This document shows positions 16,159-30,073 of a stretch of 64,000 nt of DNA, piece by piece. A model generated the notes under the pieces. It had not been told where the DNA came from, made no database searches, and saw only the letters and a program-made list of their open reading frames with translations. Position 1 is the stretch's first letter. Each line of letters starts with the position of its first letter. Source of the stretch: the human T2T-CHM13v2.0 reference genome, Homo sapiens; NCBI RefSeq assembly GCF_009914755.1, contig NC_060934.1, one strand, 5' to 3'. Both the position numbers and the translations under genes were made by a program.

Positions 16159-17382
16159 TAGGGCCAGTCGTTTGTGAGTGACTACGGGTAGGAATTAAAT
16201 GACGTTTATTTTCCTTGAATCTCTGTGTAGGAGCTTTTACTTTTGGGAGGCGAAACAAGTATTTTGCAGAAATTTCCTGCTTTGGTTAATTGACCACCGA
16301 CTTTAACTAGGATAAATTTTAGCTAATTTTCTGACTCTTAAACATCCTCTTATGTGAAATCACTCGATGAGTTTTGCAGTTAGGCTTGGTTAACATCGAT
16401 GAGTTCTTACTTAGATGTCACATCTAGCCCCAGGATGCTCATTAATCTAGTTGAAGTGATCAGATGCAGTTTTGGTGAAAATAGGTGGAAACAGAGTTTA
16501 TGTTCTTCAGCAATTGGTCAGGAGGAGGAAGATTGATCTAAAAGAGAAAAAGTTGTATAAGCCAACACTTTAACGAGTGGAGAGATTATCCTAAGGTCTA
16601 CCTTGTATTGTAGACAAACTGATATTAGCTTCTAACTGGGTCTTTAACTTAAGAAATGGGAATGACACGGGAGTGACTTGCTTTCTAACACAGCTGCAAT
16701 TTGCATTTCCTGTCTGCTCACATTCTTCTTTGTAATCCTTGTTAACTGGGAATGTGGCATTGAGTAAATTCATAAAATAAATATGGAGATTGTATTAGGC
16801 TAAAAATTACTTTGCATTGTTATGCTTTGTTTCGTGTTCAGTTAGAGTAACTGAATCCGCAAAGTTCTCTTCTTTTATCCTTGGAATAATCACAAGCTGG
16901 GCTTCCACTGGCTGTTCCAGAAAAGAAAGTATGCTTGGCTAGTTGTGTCTGTGTGTGTGTGTGTGTATGTGCACATGCGTGCATGAGTGTATAAGCAATA
17001 GGAAAAACAAGTATTTTGAATACATATAATAATATACCAGTATTCAGGATTTTCATGGTCTTAGGCAAAATCATGGCTTAGGAATGCTTTCAGTTTGACT
17101 TTTCACTTACCATTTCCTTGTGACCTAGCTTCAGATTTTGACTTTTTTCTTCTTCTTTATTTAGCCACCCTTGTCAGTTTCATGTCATGTGCCAAGGCAT
17201 GACAAGATAGTGAGTGTTTGTAGCCATCTAGGGGGAGAGGATAGTTTCTGGCTGCTGTGAATTGCTGGGGGCAGCCAAGAGGCTGTTTTCTAGCTAGGAT
17301 TTTTGCACAAGTACAGCAGGAATCCCTTGCATGTGCCCAGTAGAAGCAGAATACTGTATTTCATGAGCATTAAGATACTAGG

Positions 17383-18218
17383 GTCCTCTTTTCTGGCTAG
17401 AACCATGGAGGGTGTTGAAGAGAAGAAAAAGAAGGTTCCTGCTGTGCCAGAAACCTTAAGAAAAAGGGAAGGAATTTCGCAGAGCTGAAGATCAAGCGCC
17501 TGAGAAAGAAGTCTGCCCAAAAGATGCTTCGAAAGGCAAGGAGGAAACTTATCTATCAAAAAGCAAACCACTATCACAAGGAATGTAGGCAGATGTACAG
17601 AACTGAAATTCGAATGGCGAGGCTGGCAAGAAAAGCTGGCAACATCTATGTACCTGCAGAACCCAAATTGGCGTTTGTCATCAGGATCAGAGATATCAAT
17701 GGTGTGAGCCCAAAGGTCTGAAAGGTGTTGCAGCTTCTTTGCTCTCATCAAATCTTCAATGGAACCTTTGTGAAGCTCAACAAGGCTTCAATTAACATGC
17801 TGAGGATTGTAGAACCACATATTGCATGGGAGTACCCAAATCTGAAGTCAGTAAATGAAGTAATCTACAAGCGTGGTTATGGCAAAATCAATAAGAAGGG
17901 AATTACTTTGACAGATAACACTTTGATTGCTGTGTCTCTTAATAAATATGGCATCATCTGCATGGAGGATCTGATTCATGAGATCTATACTGTTGGAAAG
18001 TGCTTCAAAGAAGCAAGTGACTTCCCGTGCCCTTCAAATTATCTTCTCCACGAGGTAGAAAGTAGAAAAAGACCACCCGTTTTGTAGAAGGTGGAGATGC
18101 TGGCAACAGCGAGGACCAGATTAACAGTCTTATCAGAAGAACGAACTAAGGTGTCTACCATGATTATTTTTCTAATCTGGCCAGTTAATAAACAGTATGG
18201 GCTCTCCAACTGAAAAAA
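17383..18218 (+). pseudogene. RPL7 (pseudogene): Processed pseudogene of 60S ribosomal protein L7 (uL30)
   Basis: Intronless; ATG at 17405 ([17 protein letters not shown]); ORF pieces [11 protein letters not shown]...[14 protein letters not shown] and [21 protein letters not shown]...[15 protein letters not shown]; ancestral stop TAA 18147-18149; AATAAA 18187-18192; A tail; perfect TSD AAGATACTAGG at 17372-17382 and 18219-18229. Disabled by a frameshift near 17455, an in-frame TGA at 17719-17721 and a frameshift near 18028. Confidence 0.97.
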
Positions 18219-18271
18219 AAGATACTAGGAAATTTGGTCAGTTAAGTCAGTCCTGCCCTTTGGAATTCTGA

Positions 18272-18561
<290 letters not shown>

Positions 18562-18880
18562 CTGAAACATCTTTAAATCAAGGGTTTCTGAAAGTATGTG
18601 GAACTGACTGGACCATCCTTATTTTGCACGTTATTTTGCTTTTTCACTTGTATTCAGACTTTGACTAAAAGAACATGGTGGATGAATGGGGAAATTAGGC
18701 ACAGAGGGTAAAGAAACTAGGAGAATCTACTTACCTTTCATGTGCATTTGAAATGAAGGACAGATGTCTGTTCTGTTCTGGATATCTGTGGATGCTAGTG
18801 AATGGTCCTTTTGGTCTAAGCAATTATGTCTAAGAGGTTAGAAATACTAGTTGACTTACATTTGAATCAGAGAAGCTGCT

Positions 18881-19170
<290 letters not shown>

Positions 19171-20518
19171 AGAAGCTGCTGTCTTAATATTAAAATCCCT
19201 GTCCCACTAGAAAATTTTTCATGTCCAAATTATATATGACATTACTGTCAGTAAATTTTCAGTCGCTTGTACCTCTGATTCCTTGAATACATAGGAAATC
19301 CTTCATTCTTCTCATCTGAGATATATACTAATGGGGCATTACACATTCACTATGTGTAAAGGGGCAAGAGGGCTCTCTGGTTAAAGACGTAGTGTGGACT
19401 CCTCCTGCCTTGCCCTCCAACAGCCCTCAACCCCTCCTTCCTCACCCTAATGGTGTCTTGAATGTAACTTACTAGTTTGACTTTCCCTGAACCAGAGCAA
19501 TGAACTCATAGAATGATTTTAACGTTGAGTAATTATGTCTCCAGGTGTTTGACATTTAAAACTTGAAGCTGAAACAGGAGCCTGGTCTCTGTATCCACTT
19601 ATGATAAATGTCCTTGAAATATTCCACTTAAATACTCAGCTGTAGTCAGTTTGCACTTCAACTGTGGACATCATTAGGAAATGGAAAAAAGGAGTCTTTC
19701 TTCATTAATAATTGGGAAGGCAGCCAGTCACCAGAAGCAGGAAGGCTTTTTGAGCTAGAATGAGCTCCTCTTTTGAGCTAGAATGGTCTGATTCCACTTC
19801 CCCCAACCTTTCCATTCTCCCCAGGTCAGAGCATAGAAACTGGTGGAACCTAGCCGGGGTGACTTTCTTTGTTTAAGTTGTCCATAATGCGGACTAATAT
19901 TTGGCAGCCAAGTGTTTTAAAACATTTATACACTGTCACAGTAAATAAGTTTCCAGGAGTAGACCTGTGTGAGCTGCTTAATATTCCTTGAGGGTATTTT
20001 AGATTTCCCTGAATCTTAGAATGCAACTTTCCTCACACTAATGGAGAATTCTATTGATTGCAGCAAATGACCTAAATACTTTTTGAGCAAGACTGAAATA
20101 AATATTATAGCAGCGGCAAGGGCGTTTCTCAAGGGTAGCAATTTCCTTTGCTTCTGAAAGCCTCCAGGGAATGATTCTATTTGCTCCATCTGGTGGGTCT
20201 CACTGTTTAGGTTGATAAATTTTCCAGGACACTGTAGAGTTTCTTTCTTAATGCTACATGAATTCTCTTCCTAGGGAGAAACATTTTGCCGTCTCAAGGA
20301 TGTCAAATATATTCTATATATGTTTGGGACAGGTATGAGCCACCTCTAGTTCATATATGTCAAACAGGAGGTATTGAGCGAGAGTGAACTATTCATCCAG
20401 TGTGACCTGGCTAGCCAGTCATGTGGAGGGAGAGGACAAAACTGGAAGGAATAACTGAAGCTGCACCGAAAGAAAGTTAGAAGAAAAACATCAGGTTAGC
20501 TAGTGGAGAAATCTATAC

Positions 20519-21160
20519 TATAATAGAAGTTATTAAGAAATAATTTTAGGCAGATAGAGAGGAAAAGGGCTCCTTGGAAAATTTTCATCTCTTTTAAAGC
20601 CGCTCCAGAAAAGTTTCTTGTCTAGCAGGAAAGCCTTGGCTCTTAGAGCCAGGGCGGCAACCTTTAATATGCAAATACCAGCCATTAGAAACTGGGTACA
20701 CCCAACATGGCGATTTCCACCGTTGTCCTCTTGACCTTGCGCCTACAAGTGCCTAGCAGCATGGTTGTCCCCACATAACCCCACGTGTGTAGAACATCAT
20801 GGCAGCCCTGTATTTGCATACTAAAAGACTAGGGTGGGAGGGCCAGTTTTTTCGCGGGCTAAGTGAATGACATGCCAGGTCAAACCAATCCCCTGAGCCC
20901 TATGCAAACCAGACACCGCCTCCTCTAGCCTCCTTATATAACTATCTGGTATCCCCCGCACGCGGGGTCTCCTCTCTTGGCTTTGGAGCCCCTCTCCCTC
21001 TGTCTCTGTATAGGTGAGCTGCTTCTTTCTTTCTTCTCCCCTCTTTCCTGCCTATTAAACTCCCTGCTCCTTAAAATCACTCCACGTGTGTCCATGTCGT
21101 TTTACCTAAATCGTGCAAGACAAGAGCCCTGGTGTTCCTGCACTCATCGGAGCCGCATCA
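20519..21160 (+). mobile_element. ERV1-class solo LTR (MER4-group / MER61-like; subfamily uncertain)
   Basis: About 640 bp; 4-bp TSD ATAC at 20515-20518 and 21161-21164; ends in CA (5' TG reads TA); CCAAT 20885, TATATAA 20935, ATTAAA 21054. Confidence 0.8.
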
Positions 21161-21589
21161 ATACCATCAGTACTAAGCCTTAAATTTACCAGGGGTTGTA
21201 AGAGTCCCAGTGCCTCCATTAATCCACATCTGTGTATCCCCGAGGAAGTCTTCCTGGTCTGGTTGGTTTCACAGGTGAATTTGAGCACGTCTGCTAAGCA
21301 CTCAGCCTGTTTACCTTAGATAGATCATACTTTGAACCTGAAAGCACTTTTCAAAGTTTCTTTCTTGCCGATTACCTTGCAGTCATGCCCTAGAAATGGC
21401 GACATGCACATCAGCAGCTGACGTTTGCACAGTGCCTTGCAGCTTCCTTTGTCACTGTAGCACCTGGCGCTGACTTCGGATGCTGCCCTGTACCCAGGGG
21501 CCTCTGCTGATCCCCACTGCCTGCCCCCTCCGGAGCAGCCCCAGGCCGTGGTGCGGTAATTGGCACCAGGTGGATGACGAAGACAGATT

Positions 21590-22120
21590 TTTATTTGATT
21601 CTCACAACAACCCTGAGATAAATAGAGCAGAGATGTGGAAACCCAGGCTCAGAGAGATGGAGTGCCTTGCTCACTGCCTCCGTGACATGGGATGGCCCCA
21701 GAACCTGAATGCAGCTCTTCTGACTTCCAATGCAGGGCTCATGTCATGCCACCACTGCTGGTGGAGAATTGTCCTTATTCATCACTTGCATTGTTGGCAA
21801 ATCAACTATATAGAATGTTCCTGGAAATCCCCTGAATCTTATTTTGGTATTTTGCACCCATCCGCAGTTGACTGTAGAGCGAAATCATACCCTACCTGAC
21901 TGTGGCCCCACCAGGTGCCATGTCCTGGGTGAGTGTTTTCTAGACATGGACTCGTTTATTTTCACAGCCATCCCAGGAGGTGTGAGTGATCCTTATCCTC
22001 ATATTACAGATAAGGGAATGGATCCACAGAGCGGGGAAACCCCTTGTCTGAATTTCCTCAGTTAGTGAGCAGCAGAGCTGAGGTGCAGTCCCAGCTATCT
22101 GTCTTTAAAACCTCAGAGCC
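21590..22120 (-). mobile_element. Two MIR fragments (about 21590-21740 and 21900-22120)
   Basis: 'ttctcacaacaaccctgaga', 'cctcatattacagataagggaa' antisense MIR. Confidence 0.65.
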
Positions 22121-22200
22121 CCCAGGCCATTGCTTGCTGTAGATCAGTGTAGCGCTGACTTCTGCAGCACCACGTCTTGATGCCTCACTTAACCCATTCT

Positions 22201-22849
22201 GTATTTTATTTTAGATTTAGGGGGTACACATGCATGTCTGTTACATGGGTATATTGCATACTGGTGAGGATTGGGCTTCAAGTATATCCATTACCCAAGT
22301 AGTGAACATTGCACCCAACAGGTAATTTTTCAACCCTCCCCCTTCTAGAGTCCCCAGTGTCTATTATTTACGTCTTTACTTTTTTTTTTTCCAAGATAGG
22401 GTCTTGCTCTGCCATCCAGGCTGGAGTTTAGTGGCACGATCATATCTCACTGCAGTCTTGATCTCCTGGGCTCAAGCGATCCTCCTACTTCAGTCTCCTG
22501 AGTAGCTGGGAACAGAGATGTGCACCACCCTGCCTGGCTAATTTTAAAGAGGTGGGGTCTCACTATGTTGTCCAGGGTGGTCTTGAACTCCTGGGTTCAA
22601 ACCATCCTCCTTCCTCAGCCTCCCAAAGTGCCGGGATTACAGGCATGAGCTACTGCTCCCGGCCTATTATTTCCATCTTTTACGTCCATGTGTACCCATT
22701 GTTTAGCCCGCACCTATAAGTGAGAACATGAAGTATTTGATTTTCTGTTTTCTAGTTAGTTCATTTAGGATAATGGCCTTCAGCTTTATTCATGTTTCTA
22801 CAAAGGGCGTGATTTCACTGTTTTTCATGGCTACATAGTATTTCATGTA
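22201..22849 (-). mobile_element. Old L1PA (about L1PA16) 3' fragment interrupted by an AluJ
   Basis: L1 3' end sequence; TSD AACCCATTCT at 22191-22200 and 22850-22859. Confidence 0.9.
22380..22664 (-). mobile_element. AluJ inserted in the L1
   Basis: Alu body; degenerate TSD TATTATTT..TCTTT. Confidence 0.9.
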
Positions 22850-23139
22850 AACCCATTCTTATCAGAAAACTAACACCTGAGTTTAAGGCTTTCTGTGGGG
22901 ATCCTGATCTGGTTGGAAGCTCTCTAACAGGATGTCCCTGCCCCTTCCACACTGAACCCCTAGACAACACCTCCATCAGTGTGCAAATCTGTGTCTGTCC
23001 TCTCAATCTCTCCCCCACTGTAAGGCAGGCTCACAGCATCACTGCCTTCTCTAGACTTTAGGAGAAATCAGATTCTCTTAGACTTTAGGAGAAACCAGAT
23101 CTACATCCAGGTGAAGCAATGCCATCTGCATTTTCTTCC

Positions 23140-23395
23140 TTCTTTTCTTGTTTTAATTGGTATATCATTGTTGTACATACTTATAGGGTACATGTGATAT
23201 TTTGATGCCTGTATACAATGTGTAATGATAAAATCAGGGTAGTAGGGAAGTGCATCACTTAACATTTATCTTATCTTTGTGGTGGGAACATTCCAATCTC
23301 CTCTTGTAGCTCTTTTGAAATATATAATAAATTATTGCTAACTACAATTTGCCTACTGTATTATCAAACACTAGAACTTATTCCTCTGTCTAACA
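23140..23395 (-). mobile_element. L1MA 3' fragment
   Basis: 'gggtacatgtgatattttgat..tatacaatgtgtaatgataaaatcagggta' L1MA 3' end. Confidence 0.85.
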
Positions 23396-23974
23396 GTTTT
23401 GTGTTTTCTTTCCTTAGGGCGTGTTTTCTGCATCTGTGGTCAGATTAGTTAGCCTTCTCCATATCTTCCTTTGTATCTTCCCTTTCAAAATAGGGAGGCA
23501 AAAATTAGACATGATGTCTTTGATAGTCAATCAACCACAGCCAGTTAGAGCTCTGGGCCCGTTTTCCAGCTTTTGCATCTCATCTGTGACAGTTCCTTCC
23601 CATCTTCATGCTCACTTTCCAGCGAGGGCATTGGCCCCTGTTCAGTGTGTGAACAGGGTCACTCCTTAGGGCTTGCCCCGCGTAAAAGGGGGCTTTCCTG
23701 AACGCTTTTTTTTTACCCTCAAAATATGATGACTTACATTAAACTCTTGGACTTCATTCTGATTTTGTGGAGCCATTTTTGTTTTTGTGTAACATTTAAA
23801 ATGTATTGAAACAATACCTTTCTTAGAAACAAAACCTTTCTTAGAGAGGCTTTTGTCAAAGATGTAATCTCATATGCACTTTATAAATTACATTATTAGT
23901 CTGGAAACCTACATGCAAGTTGCCAAGACTATATACTTTCTTGAGCTAGCACCTGGTGGATTATCCATTTCCCA

Positions 23975-24395
23975 TCACACTTGCACACACACACCCAACA
24001 CAAACATGTCAACACACATACACCCCAATATGCACATCCCAACACACACACACCAACACCCTCCAACACACACATGTACATGCCAACACACATACGCACA
24101 CACATACACATGTATCAACAGACACACCAACACACCTCCAACACACGCACAGACCAATGCACATACCCCAACACACATACTCACCAACATACACGTGTAC
24201 CCATGCACACACCAAACATACATTCGCATGTACACACACCCCTCCAACACAACCCTAACACACACACAGTACACGTGCCCACCAACACACACACACCAAC
24301 ACCGCCAGAGCAATAGACACACACACCAAAACATACACACTAATACACACCCACCCCCGCACATGTTGTAATTACACACACACACACGCACACAA
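23975..24395. repeat. Degenerate (CA)n-rich simple repeat
   Basis: About 420 bp of CA/CCAACA runs; source of the spurious H/T-rich and C/V-rich ORFs. Confidence 0.9.
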
Positions 24396-25069
24396 ATTTT
24401 TGAGCAAGTTTTCCCCTACAAAATCCAGAGTAAATTATAGCAAAATCTATATATTGCTCTGCTTTCTACTATGCTACCAGAGGAAGTGGTGAAAAGTTCA
24501 AGAATTTTAGACCTATAACTGAATGGGAAAATACTGGAACAGACAGGGAATTGCTGTATATTGGCATAAAGATAAACAAATAGTTCAGAAAGCTATTGTG
24601 CTGTGTTCTACAAGTATTGGTTTTTTTGTGCCAAAAATTTCCTATTCAAATTTAATAGTATTCAATGGTCTACACAGAAATATGTTTTTTATTATATAGC
24701 TATAATTTGACCATGAGCTTAATACAATAATGTAATAGAGCATTTCTCTGTCTCTGTCTGCTTAGAGAGAGAGAATTTTATAGTTATTAAATTACAATCA
24801 CTGTATTCTCAAGGCACATAAATGAATTCATTACTCAGGACACATTCAAGCATAGAATACTATTTGAATAATGTAAGCCCTTAAGAATATATTTAATTAT
24901 TCCTAAAATAAATTTAACATTGATAGGGCTTGTTTTCATGACTGAAAAATTAGGAAGCGTGCAAAGAATATAAATATAGAATTAAAATGAAGCTAAGTAT
25001 AAGGATATTTGGTTGTTGTTAATTGCTATGCTCAAATAATTTATTTTGCTAATAGGTGTCTCTGTCCAT

Positions 25070-25194
25070 GTGTAGTGTCTGTGTGTATGGCATGTGTATG
25101 TATGTATTTGTGGTGTGTGCATGTGTGTATGTGTGCATGTTTGTGCATATGTATACATGCACTGTGCCTGTCTGTGCATGCGTGTGTGTGTGTG

Positions 25195-25227
<33 letters not shown>
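25070..25227. repeat. (TG)n-rich simple repeat
   Basis: Visible TG run. Confidence 0.9.
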
Positions 25228-25228
<1 letters not shown>

Positions 25229-25789
25229 GTGAAGCCAGCAGCAATGTGAGTTTAGGCATCTGCTCTGGCAATGGGCTCTTCCTCCCTGGATCTTGCAATG
25301 TTTTGACACCATCTGACACAGAAGCTTTCTTGCCTGGGGTCTTCTCATTGCACAGACCACATTTTTCTCTCTGGATTTCTCATGACATTGCTGGTGACAC
25401 ACTGCATTCATGTTCGAACTCTGAAAAAACACTTTTGGTGAGATGAATCCACGTCCAGCTGTTTTCAGATGCAGATGTTTTCTCAGGGTAATCGTTGACT
25501 TCCAGCAAGACATCCTGGAGGACAATGGAGGTGAAGAGGAAATGGGACGCAAAGGAAACAGGCCTCGTTCCCCAGTCCGCCCACCTGTGTGCTGCCCTGG
25601 GCCAGTCATATCTCATCTTCACAGTTTGTCTCAGGCTTTGCTCATGGTTTTCTATTTTCTGTCCTTCTTACTGTTTTACCTCCCCTAATTCTACTATTAG
25701 CTATTACCTCCTCAGATCCAAGGGTTTCCACAATATAAGACCGACCCCCGTTCCCCCAGGCCACACTAACAATAGCTTCTCTGTGTGCA

Positions 25790-25960
25790 TCCTAGTGCCA
25801 GGCACCTTACTAAGTGCTTACCTGTAACATCTCATAGGATCCTTAAGAGAACTCCATAAAGTAGATGCTATTATTATCTCAACTCTATTGCTTTAGAGAA
25901 TGAAGTTCAGGTTAAATATTTGCCCAAGATCACACAGGGCTGAGATTGAGGCTTCCAACT
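25790..25960 (-). mobile_element. MIR fragment
   Basis: 'gtgccaggcacc..ctaagtgctt', 'ttgcccaagatcacacag'. Confidence 0.65.
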
Positions 25961-26129
25961 GTGTCCTGTCTGCATTGCTGCATCACTGTGTCACTGCCCT
26001 CTGGGCTCTCTCCTCTGCATAGTTGTAGCATCTACGTTAGACATGTACATTTTAATTTCCAGTAACAGCTTATTCGCTCTCTGGATCTTGCTTTCTATAT
26101 TTCCCATGACTGGGTTTCATCTGTTCTAA

Positions 26130-26554
<425 letters not shown>

Positions 26555-26901
26555 CCCCCTTGTTTCTTGCTGTCTTTTGTATTCTCCACAACTATTTCAT
26601 TTCATCTCAGACTATAGAGAGATTCAATTTTATTTCTATTCTTTTCTGGTCTCTTTTGAAGTTATACGTATTAAATGTAGAAAAAAACAATAACTTTCAT
26701 GCTCTTCTAGAAAAATACAAGAACTTATAACTGAGCTCCTATCACTCTTCATGCCCATTTGCTATTGTTGCCGTCTTTTAGATTCAACCTCTATTTTGCA
26801 AACCTCACAAATGAGATCTTATCAATATCGTGTTTGATTGTTTGTATTTCTTATGTGCAGTTTTCTCCACATTTACCAGTTTCTTTGCTCACCATTTCTT
26901 A

Positions 26902-27338
26902 TTAACTTTTATTTTAAGTTCAGAGGTACATGTGCAGGTTCATTATATATGTAAACTCACGTCATGGGGGTTTGTTGTACAGATTATTTCATCGTCCAGG
27001 TATTAAACCTCATATCCATTAGCTATTTTTCCTGATCCTCTCCCTCCTTCCACCCTCCACCTCCTGTAGGCCCTCATGTCTGTTGTTTCCATCAATGTGT
27101 CCATCTATACTCATTATTTGTCTCTCACTTATAAGTGAGAACATGCAGTATTTGGTTTACTGTTCCTGTGTTAGTTTGCTAAGTATAATGGCCTCCAGCT
27201 TCATCCATGTTCCTGCAAAGAATGTGATATCATTCTTTTTTACAGCTACATAGTACTCCATGGTGTATATGTACCACATTTTCTTTATCCAGCCTACCAT
27301 TGATGGCTATTTGGGTTGATTCCATATCTTTGCTATTG
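26902..27338 (-). mobile_element. L1PA (about L1PA11-14) 3' fragment, inside older L1M-like sequence (about 26600-28050)
   Basis: L1 3' end; TSD TGCTCACCMTTTCTTA at 26886-26901 and 27339-27354. Confidence 0.9.
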
Positions 27339-28846
27339 TGCTCACCCTTTCTTATATCCTAGACTTTCCTTTTGGAATCATTTTTCTTCTTCTGAAAGCT
27401 GCTCTATTAGCAGTTTTTCAAGTTTTTTAAAATCTGAAGGTGTTGTAGTTATTATTTTGTTCTTGAAGGAGAGGTTTGCTCAATACATCACTCTGTATTA
27501 ATGGAAAATATCTCACCTTTTTGAAGATATTCCACTCTTGTTTGTCTTCTATTATTGCCACTGCGAAGTCTGCTGTCTGTCTAATTGATTTGTTGTTGAT
27601 CGTGGTGATCTATGTTTTCTGTTTGGGTGCCTTTAAGATCTTTTCTCCCTCTCTCTTAAGAAACTGTTCCTCAATTTCACTATAAATATTGTTTTCTTTG
27701 TGTTTACTTGCTTATTATACTTATTATTCTTTCAGTTTATTTTATTTGTCGATTTATGGCTTTAACTCATTCTGGAAAAATTTTAGCTATTACATCCTTA
27801 AGTATTTTTTGTACTCTACACATCTACTCTCTCTTGCTAAAATTCTAATTAGATGTGTGTTAGGGTTTCACGTTTTTTCCCTCATGTCTCATAATCTCTT
27901 GTATTTTTCCTTCTTCTCCTCTGGGCTATAATTTATTTAGATTTATTTATAATTTATTTAGATTTGAGTAATTCATTTAGATTTATCTTCCAGCTTAGCT
28001 GAAGCATGGGCTTAATTTTCCAGGATATTTTTTCAGTTCTACTGTCTTAGTATCTTACTTATGTTTTTCTTCTTACAGTTTAACCTCTGAGCTTCACTGG
28101 CATGTATGTATGTGTGAGGCTGAGAATGTTGAAATAAATGCAGCTGTTCTTACTTCAATAATCAGGCATGTGAATTCTGGCCCAGATTTTCATCCTATGT
28201 AACTCCATGGGAACTCTCTAAGGACATGATTCAGATGACTGACCTTAAACAACCACCTCCCTGTTCATCCATCAATCATTCACAAATCCATCTGTTTCTG
28301 AGTGGGTTACTGCAATTGCACCAAAATACCTAGCATCTGTAGTCTCGGGGGAAATGTGTTGCAATCTTCATCAGTGGTAATTTTCTGTAAGGAAATGTTA
28401 GTACAGAAAACAAGCTCCTCACAACAAATTGTAAGTATGACTACCATCATCTATACCCACCTCAACCAAACGAGCAACGATGAAGATTATGATTTGGACT
28501 GCACAAGTGGAACTAGTAGTTTACCCAACAAGAGACATTTTTCTCAAAGTGAATGAAATCACTTCACATTTTTCATCTGTTCATGCCTTGACCATAAATG
28601 TGCTTTTGTAATTTTTGCTTTACCAAGTTTGCTCTGCTTGCCTCAGGTTGCTGAGTAACCAGATTGTTTCCTTCAATCTCCAGTCTGTGTATCTTCATTC
28701 AGCAAATGTTTTTGGTTGGAGGTGTGTGTGTGTGTTTAGGTATTTAGGGACAGTAAGTACACAGGAAGAAGGGATGAATGAGATATGGCTGCTATTTCCA
28801 TTTCAATTTCATGATTATGCCACTTCTGATTAGAATTCCATTTTAA

Positions 28847-29133
28847 GGCTAGGTGCAGCGGCTCATGCCTGTGATCCCAGCACTTTGGGAGGCTGAGGCA
28901 GTTGGATCACTTGAGGTCAGGAGTTCGAGACCAGCTTGGTCAACATGGTGAAACCCCATCTCTACTAAAAATTAAAACAAAAAAATTAGCTAGGTATGGT
29001 GGCGGGTGCCTGTAATCCCAGCTACTCAGGAGACTGAGGCAGGAGACATGCTTCAGCCCGGGAAGGGGAGGTTGCAGTGAGCCAAGATAGCACCACTGTA
29101 CTGCAGCCTGGGCGACAAAGTGAGACTCCATCT

Positions 29134-29165
<32 letters not shown>

Positions 29166-29173
29166 ACAACAAC
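28847..29173 (+). mobile_element. AluS with (CAA)n tail
   Basis: TSD GAATTCCATTTT at 28833-28844 and 29174-29185. Confidence 0.95.
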
Positions 29174-29702
29174 GAATTCCATTTTGCAAATAAAGTCTAG
29201 CCACAATCCCAGTCACACCACCACCAAACCCTCGGGACACAGGGAGCTCCATTTCTCCAGATGCTGCTGCTTCCTTTTCCTCTTCCATCTTTTTAGCCAT
29301 GTGACATCTCATAAGCCTGGGTCTTACTTTCCAGGGTCTCCTGCTATAATCCACTGGGTTGGGGAGATCATTCACATTCATGGTTTCACTTTACACTATT
29401 GACTTCCAAACATGCCTAACCTAGAGGCTGCATTTCAAATTACCTACTGGCCCTCTTCATCTGGATTTCTTTAGTCACTTCCAGTTCCATAAATCCAACA
29501 TCAAAATTGTTAACTTCATCTTCAAATTAATTTATCTTCTTTTCCACTACTGTGCCCCGGGACGTCTTCCTTTGCTGAACTTCTGCAGCACTTCCTGAAT
29601 AGTTTGGCACTTCTTTACTTCTTCGCTTCTTTTAGAGGTGTTATCATTCTTCCAGGTTCCCTTGTTAGAAATTTGCAGTCATTCAAAACTCTAATCTTCC
29701 CT

Positions 29703-30073
29703 ATATTTATTTATTTATTTTTATTTCAAAAGCTTTTGGGGTACATGTGGTTTTTGGTTACATGGATTAATTCTATTGTGGTGAATTTTGAGATTTTAGT
29801 GCACCTGTCACTCAAGCAGTGTACACTTTACCCAATATGTAGTCTTTCATCCCTCACCCCCTCCCACCCTGAGAACATACAGCATTTGGTTTTCTATTCC
29901 TGAGTTACTTCACTTAGAATAATAGCCTCCAGCTCTATCCAAGTTGTTGCAAAATACATTATTTCATTCCTTTTTGTGGATAAGTGGTATTCCATGGTGT
30001 ATATATGCCACATTTTCTTTACCCAGTCATTGGTCAATGGGCACTTAGGTTGGTTCCATATCTTTGCAATTGT
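29703..30073 (-). mobile_element. L1PB 3' fragment with an internal deletion
   Basis: 'gtggtttttggttacatggat..ggtgaattttgagattttagtgcacc' L1PB 3' end. Confidence 0.85.

Noticed and set aside
17221-17234. CTCF-like CCCCTAGATGGCTA on the minus strand
   Set aside because: Several mismatches to the core motif; too weak to report
17290-17751. 153-aa minus-strand ORF
   Set aside because: Antisense shadow of the RPL7 pseudogene with no independent support
17524-18087. ORFs of 65 and 120 aa as a functional RPL7 gene or retrogene
   Set aside because: They are fragments of one retrocopy broken by two frameshifts and a nonsense codon
23874-25622. ORFs of 100-186 aa rich in His/Thr or Cys/Val
   Set aside because: Translations of CA/TG simple repeats, which lack stop codons
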